DNA from: Kudoa neothunni
Lineage: Eukaryota; Animalia; Cnidaria
Assembly: GCA_964304625.1 (NCBI GenBank)
Contig: OZ199840.1
Coordinates: forward strand, 10,627,844-10,691,843
DNA: 64,000 bases
Direction: 5' to 3'
This document shows positions 16,701-28,190 of this stretch, piece after piece. Under the pieces are notes generated by a model that ran no database searches, was not told where the DNA came from, and saw nothing but the letters and a program-made list of their open reading frames with translations. Each line of letters begins with the position of its first letter. Position 1 is the stretch's first letter. The translations under genes and the position numbers were made by a program.

Positions 16701-18034
16701 TCAATTATTATTTGAAAAAATTTAAGTATTATAGACTTTGAGATTGATGATTTTCGGTGAGGTCAAATATTCCCAATACTATAATAGAACGATTAAATCT
16801 GAATAATTCGTGTAGGATACAGTCACATAACCACCGACGCCTCTGCACTTTATGCTGCTTGCACAGATAACGTAGTTTACAAATTCGACATTCCAAATAT
16901 CCTTGCGAATGGTTACAACAAAGAAAAACCTATCTCCAATATTTCAAGACAGGTTTTACAAGAAATGCCAATAGCAAAATATTTGGATCCATGTCAGACA
17001 ATAACATCCAATATGAAATTGGCAGTTTGTGCACGTAAAAGGTCGATTCTACTTTATGGTGTCCATTAGCGAATATATGATGACAATTATAGGTTGTTAC
17101 TTTGCGGCTCACAAAACAATGCACTTATATTGTGGGATGTTGATAGACCATCTATGCCGATTGCAAGGATACGTTTTAAAATCTACAGCAACAACGTTTT
17201 TCCAGGAAATATTCCTGCATATGGTGGAGCATTCTCCACGCATACAGATGCGTTAGTAGCTCGTAGTTGTTTTTCGTTGTGTGTTTGGTAATAAGTGTAT
17301 TTGGGATCCGATCTGATATCATAAACATCTTAGGAAACCTCAACCCAATATTAAAAATGAAAATTGTTGTACTTTAGACTTCTCTCCCATCTACAAACAA
17401 TCCATTGAAACTATCATCAAATTCCGAAGTATTAACCCGCTCCAGCAGAATATATTAATATATGACCGTCAATAATAAATTTATATGGTTGTATTTAGAT
17501 GAGGAGATCCGAGCGTCTGATAAAACAGCATTAAAAAAGAAAGCTCCACAAATCTTCACTCATCCTTCGGCGGTGCGTACAATCAAACGCAGACGTCCTA
17601 CAGATCCAAACTCACTTCTCCGCAGCAATATTCTCTCGCTGCATGATGTATTGAACAGCTATCCTCACATTGAATGTCTGTTACACTGTGATAACATTTT
17701 GCTAAATGGATCAAAAAATTACTTTTTCGGTCAGCTTAATGAGGGTGAAAGTGATGACGATGATGATCACGATGTTTGCACAAAAAATGAACTAACACCT
17801 TTTTTTGAAGGTTGCCACATTGAACAAATGTCGATCGATCCATCATCTCTAACCGTTCAAATACATTATACTCTTAAGGAGAACAGTTTAAACTCTACCA
17901 AAAAATCCAAATTAAGTCGGTCAATCACCAATTTTTTTAATAAAAATCTACCACAACAACAATCTACAAACACGCATCGAACCCATTCAGTAAAGTACAA
18001 GTTGATTTATATGAACCAACCGTCGAACAATTGA
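13752..18034 (+). CDS. DTL: Denticleless/Cdt2 WD40 substrate receptor of CRL4 (multi-exon; 2033-nt intron 14783-16815)
   Basis: Exon fragments match DTL blocks: HICYLVNEMGFLIGLDTR, VISSLAFLGEHYFASCTDRLNYISIWDSR, G|YSHITTDASALYAACTDNVVYKFDI (joined across the long intron), LCGSQNNALILWDV; C-terminal PIP-box-like SRSITNFF. Not all exon boundaries were resolved; start codon is approximate. Confidence 0.8.
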
Positions 18035-18207
18035 ACCTCTCTAAAGTTTGTGTTTTTATCCCAACTCAACAGTCATATTAATTTTTGTATAATGTGTTAT
18101 TATATTGTAACGATTCACACACTTTATTTTTTATTTTATTAAATATTCCATTCAAAAATTGTGAATTTTGTGATGGAAATAATTAGTGTTTTTGACGTGA
18201 ATATGCA

Positions 18208-18208
18208 C

Positions 18209-18241
<33 letters not shown>

Positions 18242-18356
18242 CATATATACATATACATATATACATATATACATATACATATATACATATATACATATAC
18301 ATATATACATATATACATATACATATATACATATATATATACATATACATATATAC
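18208..18356. repeat. Compound (TA)/(TACATA) microsatellite
   Basis: Directly visible; it produces the spurious YI/YV-rich ORFs. Confidence 0.95.
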
Positions 18357-18448
18357 GGCAAGGAACCAATTTCATGAAAAATGCGCGTGAAATTTCCCAC
18401 ACCCGCGTCCGCAATTGTTCCAAAAAATCGATATTCAGAAACGATTAA

Positions 18449-18482
18449 CACTCTAAGGACTTTGGAGTCTTTTGAACCCCAA
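18449..18482 (+). mobile_element. Solo piggyBac-type terminus related to the 11850-13014 TIR
   Basis: TTAA followed by CACTCTAAGGACTTTGGAGTCTTTTGAACCCC. Confidence 0.5.
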
Positions 18483-18615
18483 GCCATAATCAATTTACCC
18501 ATTATTATATATGAAATAATCAGAAATTCGTAAAATTCCATCTAATCTCCTAACTTTCAATATTGTTCATTCTTTGAAAATCTTGGGCGGATTGAACAGA
18601 AATTATCCTCTAAGT

Positions 18616-19035
18616 CAGGGGTTCTCATCCGGTGATAAATTAACCCCTTGGGGGTAAAATTTAAATGACAATGGGTAAATTAAGTAACGCCAAAGTTAGA
18701 TGGGGCAGTTTTCACAATATGAGTTTGTGACGTACCTCAGGATTTCTGAGGAATTATATTATTGAGGGCTATTACACTTAATAAGAATTAGGCCGAAATT
18801 CTTAAAATGTTTTTAGTAGTATGTATTTAACAGATATTTATAAAACTATTATCGGTCTCTTTCTTTTATGCCTCGTTTACCTTTATTGGTGTTGGTGTTG
18901 GCGTTGATGTTGATGTAGCTAACAATAATAATAATAATACTTAAAATGACAATTTTCATGGTGAATAATATTCAAGTGTCATAAAGTTTCGAGTATTTTT
19001 AATTATTGATGACCCATAAGAGCGAAGGAATAGAC
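18616..19035 (+). mobile_element. hAT-Charlie-like element, copy 2 (3' truncated)
   Basis: Starts CAGGGGTTCTCA after CTCTAAGT; collinear with 10644-11020 (GGGGGTAAA..TTTAAAT, GTTTGTGAC.TACCT.AGGAT, ACTTAATAAGAA, AGCGAAGGA). Confidence 0.7.
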
Positions 19036-19074
19036 ACAACAAAATTTGATTTTTTAATGTTGGAACTTTTTTTA

Positions 19075-19250
19075 AATAACGAAACCATCCACGAATTTCA
19101 ATTTCACATGAAGATAAACCGTTTTCTTCAGCCAATTAATTCCTCTTGATAATTATGATGGAGGCGCTTATTCCAATCTCTTCGCATCATGCCCGCTCAA
19201 TTCACTCATTTAGGTCCTCATCAACAAAAAGAAATTGGTCTGCATGCAAA
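19075..19250 (-). pseudogene. Tigger/pogo transposase CENP-B-type HTH remnant
   Basis: Minus-strand translation DEDLNE*IERA*CEEIGISASIIIIKRN*LAEENGLSSCEIEIRGWFR fits the HTH_Tnp_Tc5 pattern (L..WI...G..IS...I..KA..LA...G...S.GW). Confidence 0.6.
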
Positions 19251-19956
19251 TATTTTATATTCTAAAAAACAATTTTAGGTTTTATTTATTTGATTTTCCA
19301 TCTTTAGGATGTCGTTCGGAGTCAGGATGGTAGTAGATATTTTAAAATGTGATACAATGGCATCCTTCGCATCATTACATGGAAGACTCACATAATATTA
19401 AATAACATTGTACCTTTCGATGATAGTTATAGGCTCATGGGATTTTTGGCATTAATATTGATTTACCTAAATAATAAACCAGAAATAACCGAAAAAAATG
19501 AATGAAATGAATGAAATCGGTTACTTACTGTATTCCATTAATTAATAATGTTAAACATGTATAAACTATTATTAAATTTCAAAAATTAATTAAACTCTTT
19601 AACAGTTAAATTTAAAACATAAAATCAACAAACAATTCATCTAAACAAAAATTTATCAATTACATGCAAAATAATATTCTTATTAATTCTATTAACGCAT
19701 TACACAAATAAATACGACTCGAGCAAAGAGATATTAGCATATTTTTACGGCGAATTAACAAAAAATTCTATAAAAATTTTTGATGATAAGCGAATCTAAA
19801 ATCGCTACATAATTTTTAGTTATTACTATGCGCAAGCAAAATATAATAAAGAGAAAATTCTCCGGATAAATTATATTCATTTTGAAACAACAGGTGGAAT
19901 AAAATGATAATTATGTTGTGTCCCAAAAAGTTTCAGAATCATCGTCCTTAAAATGT

Positions 19957-21478
19957 TCACAAGGCTATCATTTCAACCTTGAGAAGCTTTCCTTTGAAAC
20001 GCGTGTTATTCATCAATCCTGGGTTAACAAAAATAGTAATTTAATCATCTACAACAATAAGCAAAACTTACGCTCAATAAAAGGTATATTGGGTGAGTTT
20101 TTAAATGTGACAAATACGTGACTATTATCATCGGTATTTTTAGGTTGAATTTTTAAAATCTTCCCTATTAAAAATGAATGATCTAATGGGTGGTTATTGA
20201 AATGTAAAACCTATATATAAAAAATGTTCCTTAATTTGAGCCTCGGTGGAGTTTGGCGCAACCTAAAATATGTCAAATTTAAACCGAATAATATTCAGTA
20301 TTCAATAGGAATTAGATAAGAATAGATGTTTACATTGCTGACACTAAAAGTCACACTGTTTTGAGGGATATTTTTTATTGGGATTATTTCTAGTAGGAAT
20401 TTATGTGAACTCCTACAAAAGTGATTGTTGTACTGTTTTGCGGAGTTGGAATATTTTCAACTTGAGATGCGGTTAATTTGGTAATAAATTCATTGGTGAT
20501 ATCATCCGAGCCTTTAAAGTTGAATTTTTCACACAGAAACTTAAACACTTCACAGTCAGGTTGCTATTAAGAAATAATGATTATATAATAGTCATTCCAT
20601 AAATATATCTCATTCCATACCAATGATACAATGACGGCCTCGTCAATGAAAATTTGTTTGTGAAACCTGGCTATAAATTAAATTTATCAACCTATCATTA
20701 CCCATTTACAAATAGTTACCGATAAAATTTAAACATTCCAAAACAGTGGCAAATGTTATATAGGCCGTTTTACGTTTTCTCAAACTGACAATATCATAAA
20801 ACCCGCAAGAAATTATATTTCCGGCATTCTGCAAGTGATTAATAAGCACACTGGCTGTCACAGTTGGAGACAGCTATACAAACAACGTCTCAAATATTCA
20901 TAAAACAAATTGTCGGATGCTCACATTTTCAATAATAGCTGTTCTACTTTCATGATCCTTGAATGAATTCAATGGTGACACTCTTGCAGCATTCTCACAC
21001 ACTGGCTAAATAAAAATTTCGAATATAATTGAACTATCAATTATTATAAGCATACGTTTTTACTGGTGAGCACATTGTTATTAGTATTAATACCATTATT
21101 GTTGGTATTATTATTATTATTATTAACTAAGTTCATTTGTGGTTGAATTTCATTTACTACATGGTAATTATGACTAGCACTGTGAATAAGAGGCACATTA
21201 CATTCAATGGGCTTGAATTGTGTGTTTTGGGGATGAATTTGTCTATTGATAATCGCATTGTTAGGTGGTGGTAGGTCTGCAACTAGAAAGAGAGGATAGC
21301 CAATAATTAGGATATCAGAAAAACTACTGGGACGATTCATGGTAGGTACGTTTGGATTTAAATTTATTTGGGGCTGAGAAATCAAATCCAGCCTAAGAAA
21401 ATAGTTACGCTCATGTTTGTTTAGACCTAGCGTCATACGAGAGTATATGTAATTATTTAAATTAATCGCATTGTTCAT
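19957..21478 (-). CDS. RNA-binding protein: Asn/Pro-rich N-terminus plus two RRM domains
   Basis: Hand-spliced GT-AG exons give RTAIIEN|LSPTVTASVLINHLQNAGNIISC...KTAYITF...FI|ARFHKQIFIDEAVIVSL and VTFSVSN|VAPNSTEAQIKEHFLYI|GKILKI...SHVFVTF...LMNNTRFKGKLLKVEMIAL*; TGA at 19957-19959; start codon uncertain. Confidence 0.72.
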
Positions 21479-21873
21479 AGATAAAATTTTTTTTATTTTA
21501 GGCGTCCGAATCGCCGATTACTTTTAGCATACTTTTAGTCAGCTCCCCTAATAAATTGTATGCGTATAATGTACTATATCAAATTGATAATTTCAGAATT
21601 ATGTTAATATAAGAAAGTTTTATGACAATTTTTGTTCATTAGGCATCAGTTAAAGTCCACAGAATTAGTCTAATCCATTTTAACAATACGAAAATTTATT
21701 AAAGATTTAATTTTTTAATAATTGAACCGACGTATAAAATACATAACAGTGCAGAGTGATTAGGCCAATATTATTAAACTTTTGCAATTCATAAATTGTG
21801 ATTTAATTCAACTCATTTTTTATATATTTCCCGCTGCCGCACAACGAGGGTTAGATTTGTGAGAAAGGGGTAA

Positions 21874-22327
21874 TTACGCGCTTTTGTTCATTAGTTTTAC
21901 ACTGACCACCTGACCGAAAAAGTATTTGTCGTTCATTGCATTAATTGCTTGATGAGCATCAATCTCTTTGTGAAATTCAACTAGACTTCACGAATCAATT
22001 AAATGCCAACCGTAGCAACGACCGCAATCGGCGGCGGCAATTAAACTTACGCCATGCCCTATTAAATTATCACGAATGTTAACAGATAATTTCGATTACT
22101 TTAGATTTGCCTTCTTCGCTGTGGATTATATGAACACCTTTGATGTCACCGTCTACAAATAAATTGTGAAATCGGCAATCACCTCACTTCAAACTACATA
22201 TATTCATTCTATCCTTCAATAATTGTGTTCCCACGTTAAAGTGCATATTCGATATGAATATTGTGCTCAATGGATTCAAGTTAGAATTCCATTGCGAATG
22301 TGTAATATTCAATTCGTTAAGCGCCAT
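21874..22327 (-). CDS. Single-RRM protein (about 100 aa), hnRNP M/MYEF2 RRM-like
   Basis: Exons 22327-22198, 22152-22100, 22058-22051 and 21985-21874 join in frame: STIFISNMHFNVGTQLLKDRMNIYGDIKGVHIIHSEEGKSKGMALVEFHKEIDAHQAINAMNDKYFFGQVVSVKLM; RNP2 IFISNM, RNP1 KGMALVEF. Confidence 0.8.
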
Positions 22328-23639
22328 GTTATTTTAATCGCCAATATATAACTCGCTGGTTCTCGGAATGCACTTATCTACTCTTGATATTCACTTTTTC
22401 TCGGCATTTCTCGTAGAGGATAATAGCGCTGATGGGCGCTTTTTGTTTTGACCGTTTATTTTTTGTGTTAGAATTTTTTCTGGGCGCTGTCAAAAGACAA
22501 TAGCTGAATGCATAATTTAACAAAGTTGCAAAATCAAATCGCGCTGTATATTAAAATAAAGTGTGTAACAAAGAAAAACGAACAAAAATTAAACCACCCT
22601 TTGCTACTTCTGTTGATTAGGATAAAGCAAGAGAATATAACTCGAATAATTTAATTTTTACATTTATGCGCAAACTCCGATTTCTAGATAAATAATCAAT
22701 TTTTATTTTTTTATATTAGGAGTAATTAAAGTATTATTAGAGGATAATGTCTCATTCCACAACAAAGGTGCTTGCGTGACGGATTATAAGATTAATTTTG
22801 TAAGTTATAACTTATAAGGCAAATAACTAAATTTTAATTAACAAACTATTCATCTTATATTTTATTTTATTACAAAAACAGTTGATGTGAATAATCCTAG
22901 TACTGTAAAACAATTGTTATTACTTATTACCTGGATGAACTTAACATTGTATACAGTTTATAATATTAATTTTCAATTATACATAACTCTTAACTTTACA
23001 TTTGGTATATCTGTTTGGTAAACAACGTTTTAAAAGTGAATATTACATCAGAGTTCATATAATCTAGCAATTTAATATTTCATTGTATAATGGGAGTAAG
23101 AATTGTAATAGGTGGGTGTCATATAACGAACAAACTTAAAGATATGTGGAAGAAAAAACTTTTTTAAATAATTATACTCACTTAAAATTCTTTTTTATTA
23201 TTATATACAAATTTGTCTCCTACGTGGCGCAATTGTCTACCCGAAGAGAGAGGTAACTCGAACTCAATTTGTTGGCACCATGTGTATTGAAGCTGTAACA
23301 ATGAGTTCATATAATGCAAAGTGTGCATAAGTTTCTTACAAGTCCATTTTATTTATATATATATATATAGTAATGAATGAATATCTTGATGATTTTATTA
23401 CAGAATATTTTGAAAGTGTAATGTAACTACTCACGGAAATTTAGAATTCCGGTTTCACTTATAGAGTTGATAAAAGCGTTAAAATTGAAAAGGAAAATAA
23501 CCGCGAATGCATCATTGAGAACTATAATGAAAAATGTATTTTCAGGTATATCAAATTTCTCACAATTAAAAAAATATAACTCATAAGTGCACATCTTGGA
23601 ACTAAAGTGATAAAATATGTACGCAAACAACTAAGAACA

Positions 23640-23880
23640 AAGATCACGGAAAAGGGCATATTATTAGACTTCAAATATGTGCCTTATTGGATTCAAAATC
23701 AAAGCTCATCAACAATTTGTGCACAAAATAGAATAAAAGAAATTATCTAGAGTCAAGTTTGATCAGCCCAGAAATCGGCTAATTTAGTCACCAGAGGCAT
23801 ATCAACAAATGATATAAATGTCACTAAATTATGTTTTAATGGACCTGACTTTGTGATAAAAAATTACGAAGAACAGCTTG
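23640..23880 (+). pseudogene. BEL/Pao LTR-retrotransposon RNase H fragment
   Basis: DFKYVPYWIQNQSSSTICAQNRIKEI ... ANLVTRGISTND ... LCFNGPDF match the Pao pattern DS..VL.WI...FV.NRV.EI / NPAD..SRG / LW..GP.F, with disruptions. Confidence 0.7.
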
Positions 23881-25489
23881 AAGAAAAGTTCTTTTTAAAA
23901 ATAAAAGAGGAGATTAGCAAAAATCAAATGTCTAAATCGAAACACTGACAATAAGGAAATATCCGCTACATTGAAACTTCCCCCACAGGAGATCAATCAA
24001 CGGATCATTCAATTATTTGCATCTCCTCAAAAAATACTCACAGGGAATGTTTTGACTAATATACAAACGAATATTTTGAATATATACAATAAATAGCTGT
24101 ATTTTAAATTGATAAGTTTAGCATCGTCTCACAAGAAATACTGCGATAGTTTAGTCAAAAATGAGGTTTTAGGCATTAAGGAAGCTTCAAAATTCCCTTA
24201 AGTACAACTTAAATTTACATCCGGATTACCGTGTAGTTAGTTGGTCGCCCCCCCAGTCGGCTAACCACCTATCCAAAATTCTTCGAGACCTTATAATTGT
24301 TATTGTGCGCCAAAAAATAGCGTTTGTATTATTAAAATTCGTAAATTTTGCATATATACTAGATTAAAGATCCCAATACACAGTTTTATGCTTTATTTTA
24401 AATAACCATTCGGATATATAAGATAATATCATGTCTTTTGCTTATTTTTTGCGCTTTAAAAGTTTCATTATGCTGCCACAGGAACAAACTGTATATTCTG
24501 AAAGAAGCTTTATTTGTTGCAAGAAAATAATTCATTTTTCTTGCTGATTTTTGAAATAATTTTTATAATCACACATAAGTTTATCCAAATTTCTCGAGTA
24601 TAAATTGTCGGGATAGATTCACCACCCCAAGAAGCTTTGGTGTTACGAAGTTGACCAAGAATTTTTTTAATCTCGTTGAATTAATTCTTTTGGGAGGAAT
24701 TTTAAAGACAGCGGTTATTAGTGTGTACGCATGCGCTAATGGAATTTTTAATCCGGGCAACTCCTACTTACAAGCTGTATACAGATTTAATGATTTACGA
24801 CACCTAGAAGAGAAGCGATGGAACATAAATAATTAAATATAGTCAAAATTAGTGACACCTGAATATTATTTCAGTGCCAATATTCATTTCCTTATTAATA
24901 TTTATTATTATTATCATCCTTATTATTGTAATAAAATTACGATTTCGAGTAGGAGATGTCTATTCTGTCCAAAAAATAAAATTTAATTATTTTTGCCTAG
25001 TTTTTTTTGAGTTGATTATTCCTAATCACTAAAGATGTAACTAAGAATCAGAAATAATTACTGTAACCAACTATGACGAATATTATGTCGATTAACTTTT
25101 TGGGACCCAATGGCAACTCCATAATAAATCTAAGATTAATTATGGTTTTCAAAATAATTTTATTTCCTTCATAAATACTCTTCCTCAACATGCTATTTAC
25201 CTTCCCCACTTATAACAATAAAATATAAAAAATCAAAATATCCTTCCTGTCTACGTAACATATAAGATGTAAATTTTACACCGAAGTCGATATCCTATAG
25301 TAGTAATACAAGTTTCAAAAAAAAAGAAATAAATATTGTAAATTATTAGAAAGCAATTTTCTGGGAGTTTATAATGTTTAATAACTATTTGAAATTTGGA
25401 TCACTATTTTGCAGTTTAGTCGCCGATTCCTCTCCCTCTCCTCTATTAGGCATCTATGCGTGCGCAGAAACAAAACAGAAATTTCCGTT

Positions 25490-25837
25490 ATGGGTAGAAA
25501 AAAAAGCAAACGTTCAAGAAAACCACCCAGGAAAGCCACTACAAAATTAGAAGCCATATTTGACTGCCCATTCTGTAGTTTTGAAAGATCTTGCGTGGCG
25601 GTGTTGTAATACACGATAACAAATGCAACAATTAGTTGACGTCATAAATTTAGAGTACCTGAAACATCCACCGGTAAAATATCATGTTGCGAATGTAGGG
25701 AAGAATTTCAAACTCCAATAAATCGTATTTTGTTATTTTTCTAATTGTCGTTTCAAATTTTGAACCATTTAGATCTAACATCTCCAGTTGATATATTTAA
25801 TGAGTGGATCGATGCTTGTGAAACTACTAATGATTAA
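25490..25837 (+). CDS. ELOF1: Transcription elongation factor 1 homolog (Elf1 zinc ribbon), 3 exons
   Basis: MGRKKSKR...FDCPFCS...ISCCECREEFQTPIN|HLTSPVDIFNEWIDACETTND*; two GT-AG introns in frame. Confidence 0.95.
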
Positions 25838-26470
25838 TCAATCGGTTTAACCTTTGCTTAGTTTCTTTGTAGGTTATACAGCTGAATTTGTACCTAATTA
25901 ATGTGTGTTTTTTTGAATTAAACCTGTTGAATATCTTTCGTTTGTTGTTGTCATGAATATTCGATAATTACAATTTTATTTAATCAAAATTAACGCATTG
26001 TTAAAATAATTGATTTTAATTATCTTATTCGATAAATGTGATTTTTTATCCAGCGGATACATAACGTTTTATAATATGAAGGTAGCTTATTGAGATTTTT
26101 CAAGCTTGTCTGTTTCCCTCATTATAATAAATGGGTGAGTTTAAAATTAAAAATTTTTCTTAAATGAAATGAATAGAGCATCCTGTTGTTCAGTGATTCT
26201 TAACCTTTCTCCCTTGCGGACCCCTAATTTGTTTAATGGACTTGTCACGGACCTCATCTTGTTTTAATGCATAAGCCAATGATACATTTAAATATTTTAT
26301 CCTACTCGCGCCCATAGTTCACCTTAATAGACAAATTAAAAAAGATTTTAAATTGTTGGTGAATTATTTATTTTATAAAAATGAAATTCAAATTTTTTTA
26401 TATAATTTTAATATTAGCTTAATTTAAAAAATTCTTGATGAAAATGAAAGAACTCGAATTATTTATCTAA

Positions 26471-28067
26471 CCTTCCGAGTGCCCAAAAATAGCCTATACA
26501 CATGGTGCTTTTGGGGTCAAATCGATCCCAAGCTTTTCTTGCATCGTTAAATGCAGTAAATAGTTATGTAATCATGTGTAAAATTAAATAAAAATTTATA
26601 TGCAAATTTCTTTAGAATTTTCACCAAGATTTACACTATGTGTATACAAAATAATTTGAATTTGTTGATGCAACATGTGTTTTTGTCGATTTGGACTTAG
26701 TTCTAACGAATGAATGAGATAAATTGATTATTGGCATGTAAAAACGGTTTAAATTGTTTTTCACTGCAAATATTGATAAATTAAGTTCGTTTGTAACAAG
26801 TTTATTTCCTAGGGTTGGTAACCACTTTTAAGTAATCCTCTCGGGGCAGGAAAAAAAGTAAAAATAGCCACTTAACCACTTTAATCCAGTTTAGAATGCA
26901 TGTAAACAATATGAATATTTTTAAATCGACCTCTGGATATAATTTAGGTCATAAACATTAGGGTTCTCGCAAAACACAGTCAAATCCTTACTTTTATCGT
27001 CAGAACCACCTGAACTTGACTTTCGATAATTAAAATGAGTGACATAAAATATGTCGTTAGAATCTCCCTTGCAGTTGGTAGGAAAAATATCATCGAAGTC
27101 TCCCTTGGGATTTTGTCAGCATGTTTTGGGTGGATTCTTCCGAACGGCGCGGTTTAACTGATGCATCCGTGTCACCGTGTATGATCTCGTGTACACATTC
27201 TACTTATTTTCTCAATATTCTGCCTGCAGAATTCAACCAAACTCAATTATCCATATTTTTACATATTTTCTTATCAATTATATTAAAAATTTTATCTCTC
27301 GTGAATCAGCTTGGTCCAACCCAGTTATTCGAGGGTTAAGTTCTCTAATAAATGCTTGGGAAACAGTCAGTAGCTCTGTTATCGTAAATTGTCTCAAGAA
27401 TTCTCGTATTTTCGATAATTGTGGTTTATCCGATTAAAAATATTTAATATATATATATATATATAATAATAAATCATTCATCTGTTCTAATTATGAAAAA
27501 TATGTAATTATTGACGATAACTAGTTGTGCCTTGTTTGCTTCAACTATTTTAGATGATCTCGATGATGTTGACGATATGGAAGAGGCCGAAACTGTTTAT
27601 AATAACTAATATAATAATTAACCTGAAAGTTACGATATAATAAAATTAAAATTTCCTTGCATATTTAAATATTTAAGATCGTGATCTTGATTTCGAAAAC
27701 TCACAGTTTCAACGAAACAATAAGTCTCAATGAGCACCATTAGAAAAGCCTTCAGCCCTGCTTTCTCTACATCCTGCTATGGATCTTTATAAAAAATATT
27801 TAAACGCCAAAAAAACTAAAGTAGATAGCTAATTCGTCAACAAATTTTAATATTAATATTGTGTGAGAGTGCGCGAGACCTCGATATTGCAAGGTAAATT
27901 GCATTCCCTAAAAAACCTCTCTATATCGAGGCCTTACTGTAGTTATAAAATATTATATGTTTCAGGAGAATACATTTGATGTCGCTTTTGTTAAATTCTC
28001 TTATGTATACTAAACTTGTAATACAATAGGTTCTTGGGTCAATTTGGCCCCACAAACACTCGGAAGG
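26471..28067. mobile_element. piggyBac-like element with CTAA target duplication
   Basis: Perfect 11-bp TIR CCTTCCGAGTG / CACTCGGAAGG, subterminal GGGGTCAAAT..ATCC-type repeats, CTAA on both flanks (26467-26470, 28068-28071). Confidence 0.8.
26977..27939 (+). mobile_element. Tigger/pogo remnant nested in the piggyBac-like element
   Basis: INAWETVSSSVIVNCLKNSRI (DDE_1 C-terminal AW..V....I.NC motif); right end TATATCGAGGCCTTACTG followed by TA is a pogo-type TIR; left boundary uncertain. Confidence 0.6.
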
Positions 28068-28190
28068 CTAATATCCCCAATTTTATTAAAATATTTATTA
28101 TTTTAATTAATTATGTAGTGGTTTTATTCTTAAATATATATACTAAAAATTGTTAATCATTGACATCAATTATTTTTGGTATTAAAAAAA

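Noticed and set aside
18139-18541. Three overlapping YI/YV-rich ORFs
   Set aside because: Artefacts of the TA/TACATA microsatellite
20700-20870. Ulp1 protease remnant (QNAGNIISCG)
   Set aside because: Better explained as an RRM exon of the 19957-21478 gene
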